This document shows positions 40,355-52,984 of a stretch of DNA of 64,000 nt, one piece after another. Below the pieces are notes generated by a model, which saw nothing but the letters and a program-made list of their open reading frames with translations, ran no database searches and had not been told where the DNA came from. The stretch is from Octopus vulgaris (lineage: Eukaryota), in assembly GCA_951406725.2 (NCBI GenBank), contig OX597832.1:69068001-69132000 (forward strand), given 5' to 3'. Numbering within the stretch: position 1 is the stretch's first letter; the number at the start of each line of letters is the position of its first letter. Made by a program: the position numbers and the translations under genes.

Positions 40355-40982
40355 AAGAGAGATGGTACTACACCACTATACATATATAAAAATACAAACT
40401 GGGACAAGAACGCAAAACATTTAGAAGATGATACAAAAAAAAAACGGACAGGACATTCAAAGCCTTCAATCTTCAGTCAAGAACCGGATCATCCTCGCAA
40501 TTTCGGCTGATTAATCTTGAGATTGCTCCAATCTGGCCAGCCCCAAGGAAAAACTAAGCTAAGCGCATTAGATTCCTTAGAAGAAAGCTTTGAATGTATA
40601 CAAAACAAGGACGGAAAAACAGACGATGTTACACGAATATGAATACAAAAAAAATACGTAAAAACAATAATAATAACAGGAAATCACAAACAGGCATCTT
40701 TCGACTAGGACGAATTAAACTCTGCTGGCGTGTTAGGAATGTGCCTTGGGCAGAGAAAAAAAATGTTGATGTTACCACAACTGCTGCCAGACACAAAAGG
40801 CCAGTAGTCGGTCAGTCAGTTACATGTGAAGAGAAGAGAGAGGAAAAGAGGGAGAGAGGAATTAAGGGGGGGGAGGAGAGAGAGAAAAAGAGGAACAAGG
40901 AATTAAGTAGTGATGAAAAGTTACTGGAAAAACGATATAAGTATTTGCATTGGGACTCCTTTCATCAAAAACTGGTGATTGT

Positions 40983-41027
40983 TGTACGCTGATGACAGGT
41001 CAAAACCTAGAAACTGCAGTCCGTGTG
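40983..41027 (+). ncRNA. Minimal type-I hammerhead ribozyme motif (Penelope-associated type)
   Basis: Layout tgtacg-CTGATGA-c-AGGT-caaa-ACCT-a-GAAA-CTGCAG-TC-cgtgtg. Stem I is tgtacg/cgtgtg (3 Watson-Crick + 3 G:U), stem II has 4 bp, and the stem III region ACTGCAGT is palindromic. Predicted cleavage is after C41021. It is preceded by the PLE-like peptide RYKYLHWDSFH. Confidence 0.7.
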
Positions 41028-41189
41028 TATCACTTAGGTTGACGAGGGAAGGATGACCTCCCTTTGAAAACACCATAAGGGCACAGAAAGTGTGCCTAAA
41101 GCCAGCTGGAAACGATGTTCTCCTGGGGCTACAAGCTACAGTAACACCCACCCTTAGTGGTTAGCCATATTGAGATGGCAACTATACCT

Positions 41190-41269
<80 letters not shown>

Positions 41270-41762
41270 GCTCGAATGGAAGTAAGTAGCCTAAACTGTG
41301 CTGGTGCTCTACTCACCATTTCAGCACACTAATTGAATTTTACTTATTTGTCCAAATTATTTATTATTTATTATATTTATACATATGCTAAACATATGAA
41401 TACATAATCTATACATGGAGCATGTATACATAATCTACATTGCAAGCATAAACAAGCCAAATGTTCTTTGTGTGTGCACGCATACAAGTGAAAATACATT
41501 TATACAATACATGATGTAGGTAATTCACACGCATATATTTGTGAGCATATATGTATATACATATAAAGGTGTATGTAATCTTCAGTCTTGTTAAATACAC
41601 ACACACATCTATAACTTTGAGAGGCTACAGAGCCAAACTTTCCACACTATATTCTTCATTCATCTGCCAAACTCACATTTTCAACAATTAAATTCTTCCT
41701 CCTCTGTATACAGTGATGTTGCCCAGTTCCCTAACTTTGAGATTACCCCCCATACACCCCAC

Positions 41763-41796
<34 letters not shown>

Positions 41797-41884
41797 GGTA
41801 CACCAATACAGATTTACATGAATACGTGAATATAAATATACATATAATATATAATATATATCATACAGATATATGCATATATCA

Positions 41885-41929
<45 letters not shown>

Positions 41930-43244
41930 TTTGTATATATGCATATATTAATATATGTGTGTGTGTGTGTGTACAAAAATATAAGTGTACTTCCATTCAC
42001 ACAAACACACATGCATGCTCATGCGTGCACAACTCCATTAAAACCAAGTGTGAGCTGAATGGATTCATGTTAATTCATCTAATTCAACTCTTCTAAGATT
42101 GCTGTTCTATCAGCTCAAGCGAAGTGACAAAACACTTCTCTGATGTTGAATGTTATTGGCGAGAGGGAGGAAGAAGCTTGCCAGTGAGCTGTCATACTTC
42201 TTTTCAATGCCTTGTTCTGGGGGAATATTGAAAATATCACAAATTCAAAGCTGATAATAGAAACACAAAGTGTTTATCTGACATTATAATATACATATTT
42301 CATGAGCGATGCCAAAATGTTTAAGCCAACTTCGTTACACTGATTTCCAATGAAGCCATGAATCAGAGAGAACATTTTTAATGAAACAACCTCAGAGTTT
42401 AATTGGATTCTTGATTTGTCTCCTTATGCTCTTAGAAATATACTTTGTTTGTTTACACACATAAACACATTAATACGTGCATAAATCACACACAAATACA
42501 TTAAAATATGTATACATAAGTATCTATCTATGTATCTTACACTATAATAAATTCAGGGTGAATACTTGATAAATGTAAGCATCTGTATATGCCAGCTAGT
42601 AGCATAGGTGAGAGGATATATGTATCAAATGAAATAAAATGAAAACGGCAACATCCTTTGTGTCCTGTTTTTCATTTTATTTCATTTGATACATATATCT
42701 TACACTATATATATATTTATGAATTTGTGCTTCCATGTGTGCGTGTGTGCTTTGTAAAGGAATCGAATATGTATTTGATTAGAAGCTGGTGTGTGTTTTT
42801 TCTTTCTGTTGATATTCATAGGTACGTCTGCTATTCTTAATTTTAGAACCACTTTGTCTATAGCTAAAGGGAGTCTTTCCTTAGAATTGCCAGGCACTCG
42901 CAGACTCAAGTGGATATTTGCAGTTTAATCCAAGCTCAGCAATACAAAGCAACTGAAACTGATTGACCGGAATGTACAGATCCACCAAACCAGCCATCAT
43001 TAAACATCACCTCTTCATTTAATCTCAAGTGGCCTGGAAACACTTTCCTTACAGCCAAGTTATTAAAATTCACGTAAACATATGTGCACCCCCACACATA
43101 CACTCCAACTCTGTCATGACATACTTATAGAGGTAAAGTAAAAGCTTCCTAAGTGTAAAACATCATTAATTATTCCATGGAATCTTCTCTCATATGTCTA
43201 TGTCTACTACTTGTGACTTCAAGGAGGAACCAGGAAATAAAAAA

Positions 43245-43500
43245 AAAAGCTGACACTCTGTCAGTTATGTCTAAGAGTGTTCCAGTTAATCCAATTAATG
43301 GAACAGCTTGCTAAGGAAATAAACGTGCAAGTGGCTGAGCACTCCACAGACACTTATACCACTCCCATAGTTCTCCGGAAGATTTTGTATGACACAGAGT
43401 GTGACAAAGCTGGCTCTTTGAATAACAGGAATAACACATTTTTGCCAGATGAGAGAATTGGAGCAATAAAATATTTTGCTCAATGACATGAGCCACCACA
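43245..43500 (-). mobile_element. SINE-like repeat, family C
   Basis: The minus-strand core gtcattgagcaaaatatttt...gctccaattctctcatctggcaaaaatg is related to 50170-50240. Confidence 0.55.
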
Positions 43501-44481
43501 ATCTTACAACCACAAACCAAATAGGAATAATACATCTCTAAATCTCTCAGAGAGATTTATACAGTAGCAGCACAATAAAGTGGTGGTACATTGTCAACTT
43601 AATGTGACAGCCCCATGAAAGGGAAGAATGCTACTGTTATTTAGCCCTAGGAAACACTGTTTCCTGTTGGCCTTGACACATTTCCTGTGTCCTTATGTTT
43701 TCAAAGGGGAGATACCAAATATCCTAACCACCAAAGCACACACCTCAACAGTCAGGAAATAAAGAAGAATTGATGAAATGGACCCCAGTGTATGACTGCT
43801 ATTTGTTCACTTCAAAACAACGACAGGAGTGATAATTATTTCCAATTTAGGCATAAGACCAGCAATTTTAAAAAGAGGGTTAGTCAATTGTATCAGCCCC
43901 AGTAAAATACTTTCCATGTACATTATTTAATCAACCCCAAAATAATGATAAAAGCTGACCTCAGTGAGAATTTAACTTAGAATATAGAGGGATGCAACTA
44001 AATACTGCAAAGCATATTGACTGTTGTTCTAATGAACCTGTCAATTCACCACCTTAATGATAATTGTTTTACTAAATCTTATTAGTGTCAGGGATTTTAG
44101 AAGGAGGGCTTGTCAATTAAATAAACCCCTGCACTTTTACTGATCCTTCAATTTATCTATTCAAAAGGGAGGAAAGGCAGGATTTGAAACCAGAATGTAA
44201 ACAGCTGAAGCAAATAGCACAGAGCATTTTGTCGTGCACCCTAACAATTCTGCTTATACATCACCCTAATATTATTTGAAAGACTCTTTCTGCCATTCAC
44301 TTTCCACATTTAGTAACTTTTCATAGTGACCTCTCCTCCTCTCTCTCTCTCTTCCTTTATTAGTCTCCCCTTCTCCCCCGCTCTATATATTTCTCCATTC
44401 AAGTAATTATCTTCCTTTGTGTAAGGATAACACATGAACAAAACAAACAGAAATGTAGGAATACATAGAATTATAGCATAG

Positions 44482-44527
<46 letters not shown>

Positions 44528-46572
44528 AAATAAAAACAATAATAATGATGATGATGTTGATGCTGATGATGACAATAATAAACTGACTACAAATGCCTGG
44601 TGATTTCTAATTTTAGCTCAATAATACCATTAATCTGACTGAGAAGATTTTAATCAAATCATATTTATTACACAGTTTATTAAACCCAGAAGACTGAAAT
44701 GCAAAAATAGAATCCAGAAAGAATTTGTAATGAAAACAGCACAAGTTCTTTTATTGAAGCAATTGAGTACCAACCCAACGGTGACCACTCTGGTCCTTTG
44801 ATACAGGCTTCCTCTTTTAAAGAGATCTTAATTAAAACCTGTTAAAACTTCCTGTTAATTTATTCCCTAAATACTATCTTCATAATCTTTTCTAGCATAA
44901 ACACAAGGCCTGGAAATTATTTGGAAGGAATAAAGTTGGTTACATTGACCCCAGTGCTTCATTGGTCCTTATTTTATTAACCCCTAAAAGAACGAAAGGC
45001 AAAGTTGACCTCAATGGATTTCAACTCAGAACATATATCAAAGAAAAATGCCACTAAGTGTTTTGTCCAATATGGCAACGGTGCTGCCATCTTGTGCCCT
45101 TATGCTAGCTTAACATTGGAAAAGTTATTTTACTAGACTTTTCATTATTTTCAAAATTAATTCCAATAAAGACAAAAAGGTAATATTCTACCATTTTTCT
45201 CATTACAAGTCAGCAATAATAGTAATAATTCTCAAATCAAGTGAAATCATTTCCAAACACTTTCTATCATTCGGTTCGTTAATCTGTCATTTCTATCCTT
45301 TCAGATTTGGGCTTTCTTTATTCCTGGCTCCAACTAATGTGGTCGGTGGAACATCTGATCCAGCATTTCATTGGATGGCATAATCCTGATAATACCCATC
45401 TCCTTTCCAGGGTTTAGGTACTTTTGGCTCTTGCAGAGCTTACCCTCTTTTGACAAACTTTGTTTCTATTCATCCTACTGGGTGACATATCTTCTTCACT
45501 GGGTTAGTCCCACTGATGGCCAGCATGTGCGAATGTGTATGAAGGGCGATGTAATAAATATATACACATATAAATATGTGTGTATATTTATATACATCCA
45601 GTAGCAGGAACCCTGCCAGAGCAGACAATGGAGTTCAGTTCAGTCCTGTGGTTGGTTGGTTCTTGTTGGACTGTCCAAAACTTAGTATGAAAAAAGAGAT
45701 ACTAAATGATGGTTTAGAATACTTTTGATTCTAAGACTGTTGAATCAGGCTAATGCAGGGCTAAGCAAAAGCAACACAGCCATCAATTTAGGTGGATAAA
45801 GTGAAAGTGATTTGAACTTTTCTGCAAAGTTTCCTCCAGCGAGCAAAAAGCTAGTCATTAGGGCTGAAACCAATTCAAGGTGATTGTGGTCAATAAGGCA
45901 CAACTCATGGAACCCTTCTGCAAGTGAAGGCTGATTCCATCCTTGGTGCCTTGTTTGAGTGAAGTATACAAGCTAAGGGGGGAAAAGCTTGTGAACCCCG
46001 AGATAACTGCTGATGATACAGATGAGATTCTGACATTGCAATGAGTGAAGTCATCGGAAGAAGAAGCACTTGAAATACATCAGAGCAGTTCCTGCACATT
46101 TTGCAATGGACAAACGATTCCTGAAATCTATTTTGTGTTTAACATTGTTAGCAAGGAGGTGGAAGGGTGGCTTATTGGTTGGTGTTTGGCCTTAGTTAGG
46201 TCTTGATTGAATATACATACTATCAAAGACATTCCAGATGTAACATCCTCCCTTTTCTCCAGCCATAATACATCTAGTATTTGGTCAGATGTGATTTTTA
46301 AGAGGAATGTAGTTACTAATTTTAGCAGATTGAGAAATCAATCAAGCATTCTGCTATTCTCTTTTATTCTGCTATGGGGAATTTTCTGAAATAAATTATC
46401 GTTTTGGATGTCTGTATGTTGGTCATTTGACTTACATATGTTCAAACCAACAACCAAAATTATTCCAGAACCTTGTTTCTCAATTGTACAAACTATGACA
46501 AGCAGAGTAATTTCCCTTGCCAAACTCTATGACAATGAATACTATGATAATCCCCTGAAGAAACCTTAAACC

Positions 46573-46785
46573 AAAGGTGGTGAGCTGGCAGAAACGTTAG
46601 CAAGCCTGGCAAAATGCTTAGTGGTATTTTGTCTGTTCTTATGTTCTGAGTTCAAATTCCACGAAGGTCAACTTTGCCTTTTATTCTTTCGGGGTCAATA
46701 AATTAAGTATGAGTTGCACACTGGGGTTGATCTAATCGACTGGCTCTCTCCCCAAAATTTCGGGCCTTTTGCCTAGAAAAGAATA
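46573..46785 (+). mobile_element. Full-length SINE family B
   Basis: aaggtggtgagctggcagaaacgttagc...gagttcaaattcc...ggtcaactttgcctt...ggggtcaataaattaagt...aaaatttcgggcct. Further copies lie at about 32030-32205, 34275-34425, 43850-44055, 44895-45100 and 57311-57520. Confidence 0.85.
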
Positions 46786-47313
46786 AACCTCACACAAAGG
46801 ATGGTATTAGTCCAACAAGCTAAGCTCATGGCCATTATCTATCTTTAATAATAACAGCACTGTCAGTTCCTCACTCAAACATTACAAGATTTCAAAAGAC
46901 ACCACTAAATCACTTCTTGTCAGTTCCAAGTTTTTAATATTCTACAAACGTTAGAGAGATATTTCAAAATATTTATAAATTCTTGTGAAAATTTATCATC
47001 AATAAATCGGTAAAAGTGGTCTTATTTTGCATGAAAACATTTTAATTCAGTAGACACTTGGTGGAATGTTATATAGTCATTATATCTAGACATATATATA
47101 AGGATACAGAGATACATCTTATACATAAGATGTATGTATGTGAATGTGTATACATGTATTTATACATACACACTTGTGAGCTTTACTCATACAAATATAT
47201 GTGCACACAAACAATCATGCACATATGTGTGTGTGTGTGTGTGTGTGTACAGATATGTAGGTATGTATGTATATATGTATATAAACATATATGTATGTGT
47301 GCATATGTATAGT

Positions 47314-47352
<39 letters not shown>

Positions 47353-48033
47353 TATATATATATATATATATATACACATATATGCTTGGTATATATTATA
47401 AATATACACATTTATGATATATATATATTACACACACACACACACACGCACACACACACATACACACAAATAATTCACATGCTCATACATAAATGTTTGT
47501 GCATGTGAGCCTGTGAATGTTTCCTGAACTACAAAAACAAATTGTAACACCATTAATAATTTAAGTAAAGATCATACCAAACAAAAGGATCAGGCTTTCA
47601 GGAATAAATTAGCTTCTGAGAAAAATAATTAAAAACTTGGCAGGCTTCTACAAGCTCTGTGACCACCACCTCCGCCTCAGCCAAGAACACCCCTTACTTC
47701 CTTTGACATCGCTTCTGCCACTCTATTTGTTATGCTTTTAACTTTTACTGCAATTATTATTATTATTATTATTATTATTGTTGTTGTTGTTGTTATTTTA
47801 CAAATTAATTAATATTTTCAGTAGTCTTTGAAATTGTGTTTCTATATAAAAATAGATTTATTTTTTACATTTGCTATTTTCAAAAAGATGAAACCTCTTA
47901 TCAATCGAATAAATACATCAATGTTTAGATCTACTTCTGTATCTTTATTTGTTGTTTTACAAACAAATGCTGTGAAATGCAGGATTATGCATACTTACAC
48001 ACACATATAAATGTGTGTGTGTGAGTGTTTGGA

Positions 48034-48707
48034 TATGGGGTGTGGTAAATAAACTGTTGTCTAAATTGCGCAAAAATGAAAGTAACACTGACATTTCATT
48101 TTAACAAATATATTTACCAACATTTCATAAAAATATCTTGAAATACTAAAGAGAAAATTTATTTAACAACATCTCCATTGGCTTCAACCACAGCCTCCAG
48201 GCACCTTTGGAATCCCCAGCAACTCATCTGGACAGACTCCCTAAGTTGGTCAATGCTGCTGTAATCCTTACCTTCAGTTAATCTTTGGTGTTATTAGAAG
48301 TTTTGTTGGTTTCTCACTCTACTGCACCCCACACATAATAATCAAAGGAGTTGCAGTGTGGGGAGTTAGGTGGCAAGATGTTAGGGGTGATGTGGTCACA
48401 GAAATTGACAGCTACAACTGGATTCTCCTGCTTCTGTGGCATGGTACAGAATCCTGTTGCCAGACATAATATCTTCCAGCAGTCACCCTCTTGATCCAGG
48501 GCAGCACTACTTCCTCCAGTCACTTGATGATTGATTTGGAGCTTCCAGCACAAATGCCAAGCACTACAGCATGTTGTTTCCAAATTTCTGGCAGAGTGAA
48601 GTTTTCTCACAGATGGTGCCCAACTGACTCTGCTATCAAAATCAAACAATACACATGCACGAAATTAAAAATATAGTATGGTGACAATTTATCCATCACA
48701 CCCTGTA
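48034..48707 (-). mobile_element. Internally deleted Tc1/mariner-superfamily transposon (maT/rosa-like)
   Basis: LPPNSPHCNSFDYYVWGAVE (compare WPPSSPDLNPLDYYVW) and C-terminal FQRCLEAVVEANGDVVK*. Imperfect TIRs TAtggggtgtggtaaataaactgt and TAcagggtgtgatggataaattgt (reverse complement), with TA at both ends. Confidence 0.85.
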
Positions 48708-48741
48708 TGTGTGTGTGTGTATATATTATATATATATATAT

Positions 48742-48958
48742 ATTGTGAAGTGTATTTACCACTTAAATGTGGCTAACCCTGGGTGGATGCTGATAGGGCA
48801 CAGAAAGTGTGTCAATAGCCAGCTGGAGGAGGTATCCTCTTGGGGCTACAAGCTACAGTAGCATCCACACTTGAGGGTTAGCCACATTTAAGTGGCAAAT
48901 ATACTTCATGATGTCGTGCAGCTACTGTTTATACCTAGCTCAGATCAGAGATTTATTA
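48742..48958 (+). mobile_element. Penelope-pLTR-like element with a 39-bp inverted repeat
   Basis: 48742-48780 and the reverse complement of 48874-48912 match at 35/39 positions. The body is homologous to 41075-41190. Confidence 0.7.
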
Positions 48959-49059
48959 TTTCTTATATATATATGTGTGAGTATGTGTGTGTGTGTGGGG
49001 GGGGGGGGTGTAGCCACATGTGAATTGTTGGTGATTTTCTTCCTCTGTCTTCCTTTTCT

Positions 49060-49295
49060 TATTTCTTTATTGCCCACAAGGGTCTAAACACAGAGGGGAC
49101 AAACAAGGACAGACAAATGGATTAAGTCGATTATATCGATCCCAGTGAGTAACTGGTACTTATTCAATCAACCCCGATAGGATGAAAGGCAAATTCGACC
49201 TTGGCAGAATTTGAACTCAGAACATAGCGGCTGATGAAACACCACTAAGCATTTCGCCTGCCATGCTAACGTTTTTGCCAGTTTGCCGCCTTAAA
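49060..49295 (-). mobile_element. SINE family B variant with a different 3' tail and a perfect 14-bp TSD
   Basis: tgtcttccttttct occurs at 49046-49059 and 49296-49309. The host element carries a decayed hammerhead-like CTGAAGA...GAAAC at 49329-49352. Confidence 0.88.
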
Positions 49296-49475
49296 TGTCT
49301 TCCTTTTCTGTTGGACATTCCTCCGTTTCTGAAGAAGAGCGTTGCACGAAACATTAAACCATCTTACTTTCCTTCCCTGAGCATCTGCTAATACCTTACA
49401 TGTATCACATCCTTACATTGTTGTTTTTTGGTGTTTGTTGTTCTTTTTGGGGATTTACTATATACATATATATAT

Positions 49476-49513
<38 letters not shown>

Positions 49514-50397
49514 CAATATATATATATGTATATATATTTTAGGATAGACACATGCACTTGTACACAAACAGTAACAAGCGCAGAAGAACTGAATGTGAAT
49601 TTGCAGAGTGTTACATTCCACTTCCTCATTAATAACTAAATAGTCCTCCTCTTCCTATCACAAAATTACTGTCTGATCGGAACATGGATGTTGAGATCAA
49701 GTGAGGTAAGATCTCTTTTTCTGCTTTTCTACACATGTATTGTTCGTTAAGACCTACCAATGCTGTCATTAATTATTCTCCATGCAAGGATTCTCCGTTT
49801 CAAAGTTCATTTGAATGGTTTTGTACATTCCTGGGTGCATCAGTACACCCTTTGGAACAAGACTTGTCTGTGTGTATATTGTATGTGTGCTAGTGTGTGT
49901 GTGTGTGTGCGTGTGTTTGTACACACACAAGCATGTTTGCCTACAGGCACAGAGCAGGGTTATAGGGAAAGCAGTTTGCTTGCTAACTGCCTGATTCCAG
50001 TTTCAGTGCCAGTACATGGCACCATGGGTAGGTGTCCTCTGCTACAGGTCCAAGCCAACCAAAGATTTGTGAATAGATTTGGCAGATGGAAACTGAAAGA
50101 AGCCTATCAGCCTCCACTCTCCCACACCAGTGATATTATTCAAGGCAAAGGGGCTGATGCACCTTGGCACCAGCAACATTGCAGCTCATTTCTACAACTG
50201 AGTGAACTGGACCAACATGAAATACAGGGTCTTGTTCAAATATATATGTATGTGTTTGTCCTCAACCACCCCTTGATAAACGGTGTGGTTTGTTTACATC
50301 CACATAAATTAACAGTTCAGTAAAAGGGATTAATAAAATAAGCACCAGGTTTTAAAATAATAACTACTGGGGTTGATCCATTCAACTAAAATAAACT

Positions 50398-51398
50398 TGT
50401 AGCATATCTGATATCATCACTGTTTGAGAAACACAATAAGAATGATCTCGTTTGAGATTACAGCCATCTTTGGCTGGTTTTTCCCTGTTGTGTCCACTGA
50501 TCTGATTGGTTAGCATATGGCGCAGTTTGTCTCTCTACTTATTTCGTGCCACTGTGTAAAGCTAGCCAATTACAGCCTTCGGATAAGGCCTGCTTCTTCG
50601 AGCCATTTTTTTCCTATAAAAAGGCCAGCTTTCACTATTCTTCGTCTTTCAACTCCAGACCTTTTAAGGTCTAGTCACTGACCATAGAGCTACTCAGCCA
50701 TGTTCCAGTTACAGCGACAGACGACCAGTCAGCCAGCCCTGCTATTGCTCCTGCTATGAAGACGCTATTATATACCAGCGACAGACATAATGTTTTCTAT
50801 TTCCGCCACCGTCATCACCATCAACATGTACACATCAACAACACTGACCAAGTTTAACTGACGCTGTTAGAGTGAAACTTTCACCAAGTATAACAGTCAG
50901 TCTATCTAAAGAAATACTATATCAAGAGACTCAGCTCGGCGTTGAGGCTTCAACCACAGCATATTTGCCAAACCGGCCTCCACCTCAAGACACAACATCT
51001 TGTTATAGAACTCTTGCTATCATGTACCTAATGAACTGGTAAACAAAACTCTATCTTAACTCTCTCTGCTGAGACTCATCTTATGCTCTATATTCTGTAT
51101 TTCTGTTTTATGTGCATACACCTTTTGTCAGTACCTTCTGTTACATACACGAACACACAGACACAAACACTTGTTGCATGCTCAAATACGCTCCATCTTG
51201 CTAGCACTCACAACACTTTCTCTTTGTACACATTGTGAATAAAGTCTTCTCTTCTCTCTCAAACATTAGAACGGTTTGTTGACTTTCATTCATTCCTTTG
51301 GGCACTGTATTCTATATGTCATGTATCTGGCTTCTCTTATTCTGTTAGGGGCAACCGTGCGACGTCAAAAGGAGACATTTGTCACCAACCTCCTTACA
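50398..51398 (+). mobile_element. LTR-like ~1 kb insert within a family A SINE
   Basis: It begins TGTAG and ends TTACA. It contains ATTGG and CCAAT boxes (about 50505 and 50566), TATAAAA (about 50614) and AATAAA (51238). The SINE tail is split around it. No TSD is seen. Confidence 0.6.
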
Positions 51399-51469
51399 TA
51401 TGGTTGCCTAATCCTTCAAGATGGTGCTCCAGCATAGCTACACTCCATTAACTGAAACAAGTAAAAGCT

Positions 51470-51515
<46 letters not shown>

Positions 51516-51518
51516 ATC

Positions 51519-51561
<43 letters not shown>

Positions 51562-52277
51562 TATTTGCCATCTCAATATGGCTAACCACTGAGGGCAGTG
51601 CGAGAATGTATCTAAGAAAAATGCAGGGAATGCTTTGTAGTTTTCAGAATAAGTTTTAATGAGGCAGTTATATTTTGGGTTAATGAACTCCAACACCTTC
51701 ATAATTAATTAATGTTACTTTGATGTCATTACTAATTAAAGTGTGAAAAGAGAAACAATATATTTCATTGGGCTTCAATGCTACTGTTGAAGTTAACACT
51801 GTTATCTATTTTTATGAGAACTCAGTATATCTAGAGGGATATTTTTTCTTTTCACATCAAGCTCCTAAAATTACCCAGCCTGTACTGATTGATGCAACAC
51901 AACAAGATGCACAATAGCTAAGCCCTATGGGACAGATGCAGGATGTTTCGAAATGGTCGTCGTGCTAAATAAACATTTGTACTAAATCATCATCTGTTTC
52001 CTTCATCAATTATAAACTCAACAAACACTACAGATATCCTGACGCAGATCCAGCGAAAATTATATCGTTACTCTGGATAACATCAGATAGCCCAAACGGT
52101 GAATGTGCTTTAATCGACATACTACTAATAGACATATACCCTAAAGTGTTATTCAAATTCTTTTACTTCTGACACATGTTTCGAAGACATCACAGGTATT
52201 ATTCCAAAGAAATAAAATGGTGTAAAACAATGTAATTTTTTCCGTGTTAATTGTTAGAAAGGGAAAATATACATATC

Positions 52278-52329
<52 letters not shown>

Positions 52330-52984
52330 GATGACCATCATCATGTAAGGTCAGCTTTTTATACTTTCATGAGTTGGGTGATTTGACCAGCATTGGCAAA
52401 CCAGGGAGCTGCATCAGGTTCCAGTCATCTGTTTTGGCTTGATTTCTATGTTTGGATGTCTTCCCCAATGCCTACCACCTCACAGAGTGTACTGGGTGTT
52501 TTTTACATGGTTCTAGCACCATGGGGTTGCCAACGAACTTACATACATTGAACAAGAACAGCTCAGTGAAGAAGTGCTGATCTCCAATGGTGGAGAGAAC
52601 CTGTGAAAGAGGTAGACTCTGGAGGACATGGGAAGAGTTTGTGAAGCATGATCATTGAAAATTGCACCTCATGGGGGCAGTGACAAGTGACTGAGACATT
52701 TGGCAATGTACCATTCTTGAGAAGACCTGACATGCCAAGTGAGATTGTAGTTGTAGCCGATGCCAGTGTTATGTTACTGGCACTCATGCTGGTGGCACTT
52801 AAAAGCACCCACTACACTCTTGGAATGGTTGGCATCAGGAAGGGCATCCAGCTGTAGAAACTATGCCAAATCAGATTGGAACCTGGTGGAGCTCCCTATC
52901 CAACCCATGCTAGCATGGAAAATGGACATTAAATGATGATGATGATGTGCGTATATATGTATATATGAGACAGAATGGTAAGAA

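Noticed and set aside
46436-46526. Minus-strand segment ending in a GTAAGT donor
   Set aside because: It is 91 nt (frame-breaking), has a poor acceptor and encodes a peptide unlike CCDC39.
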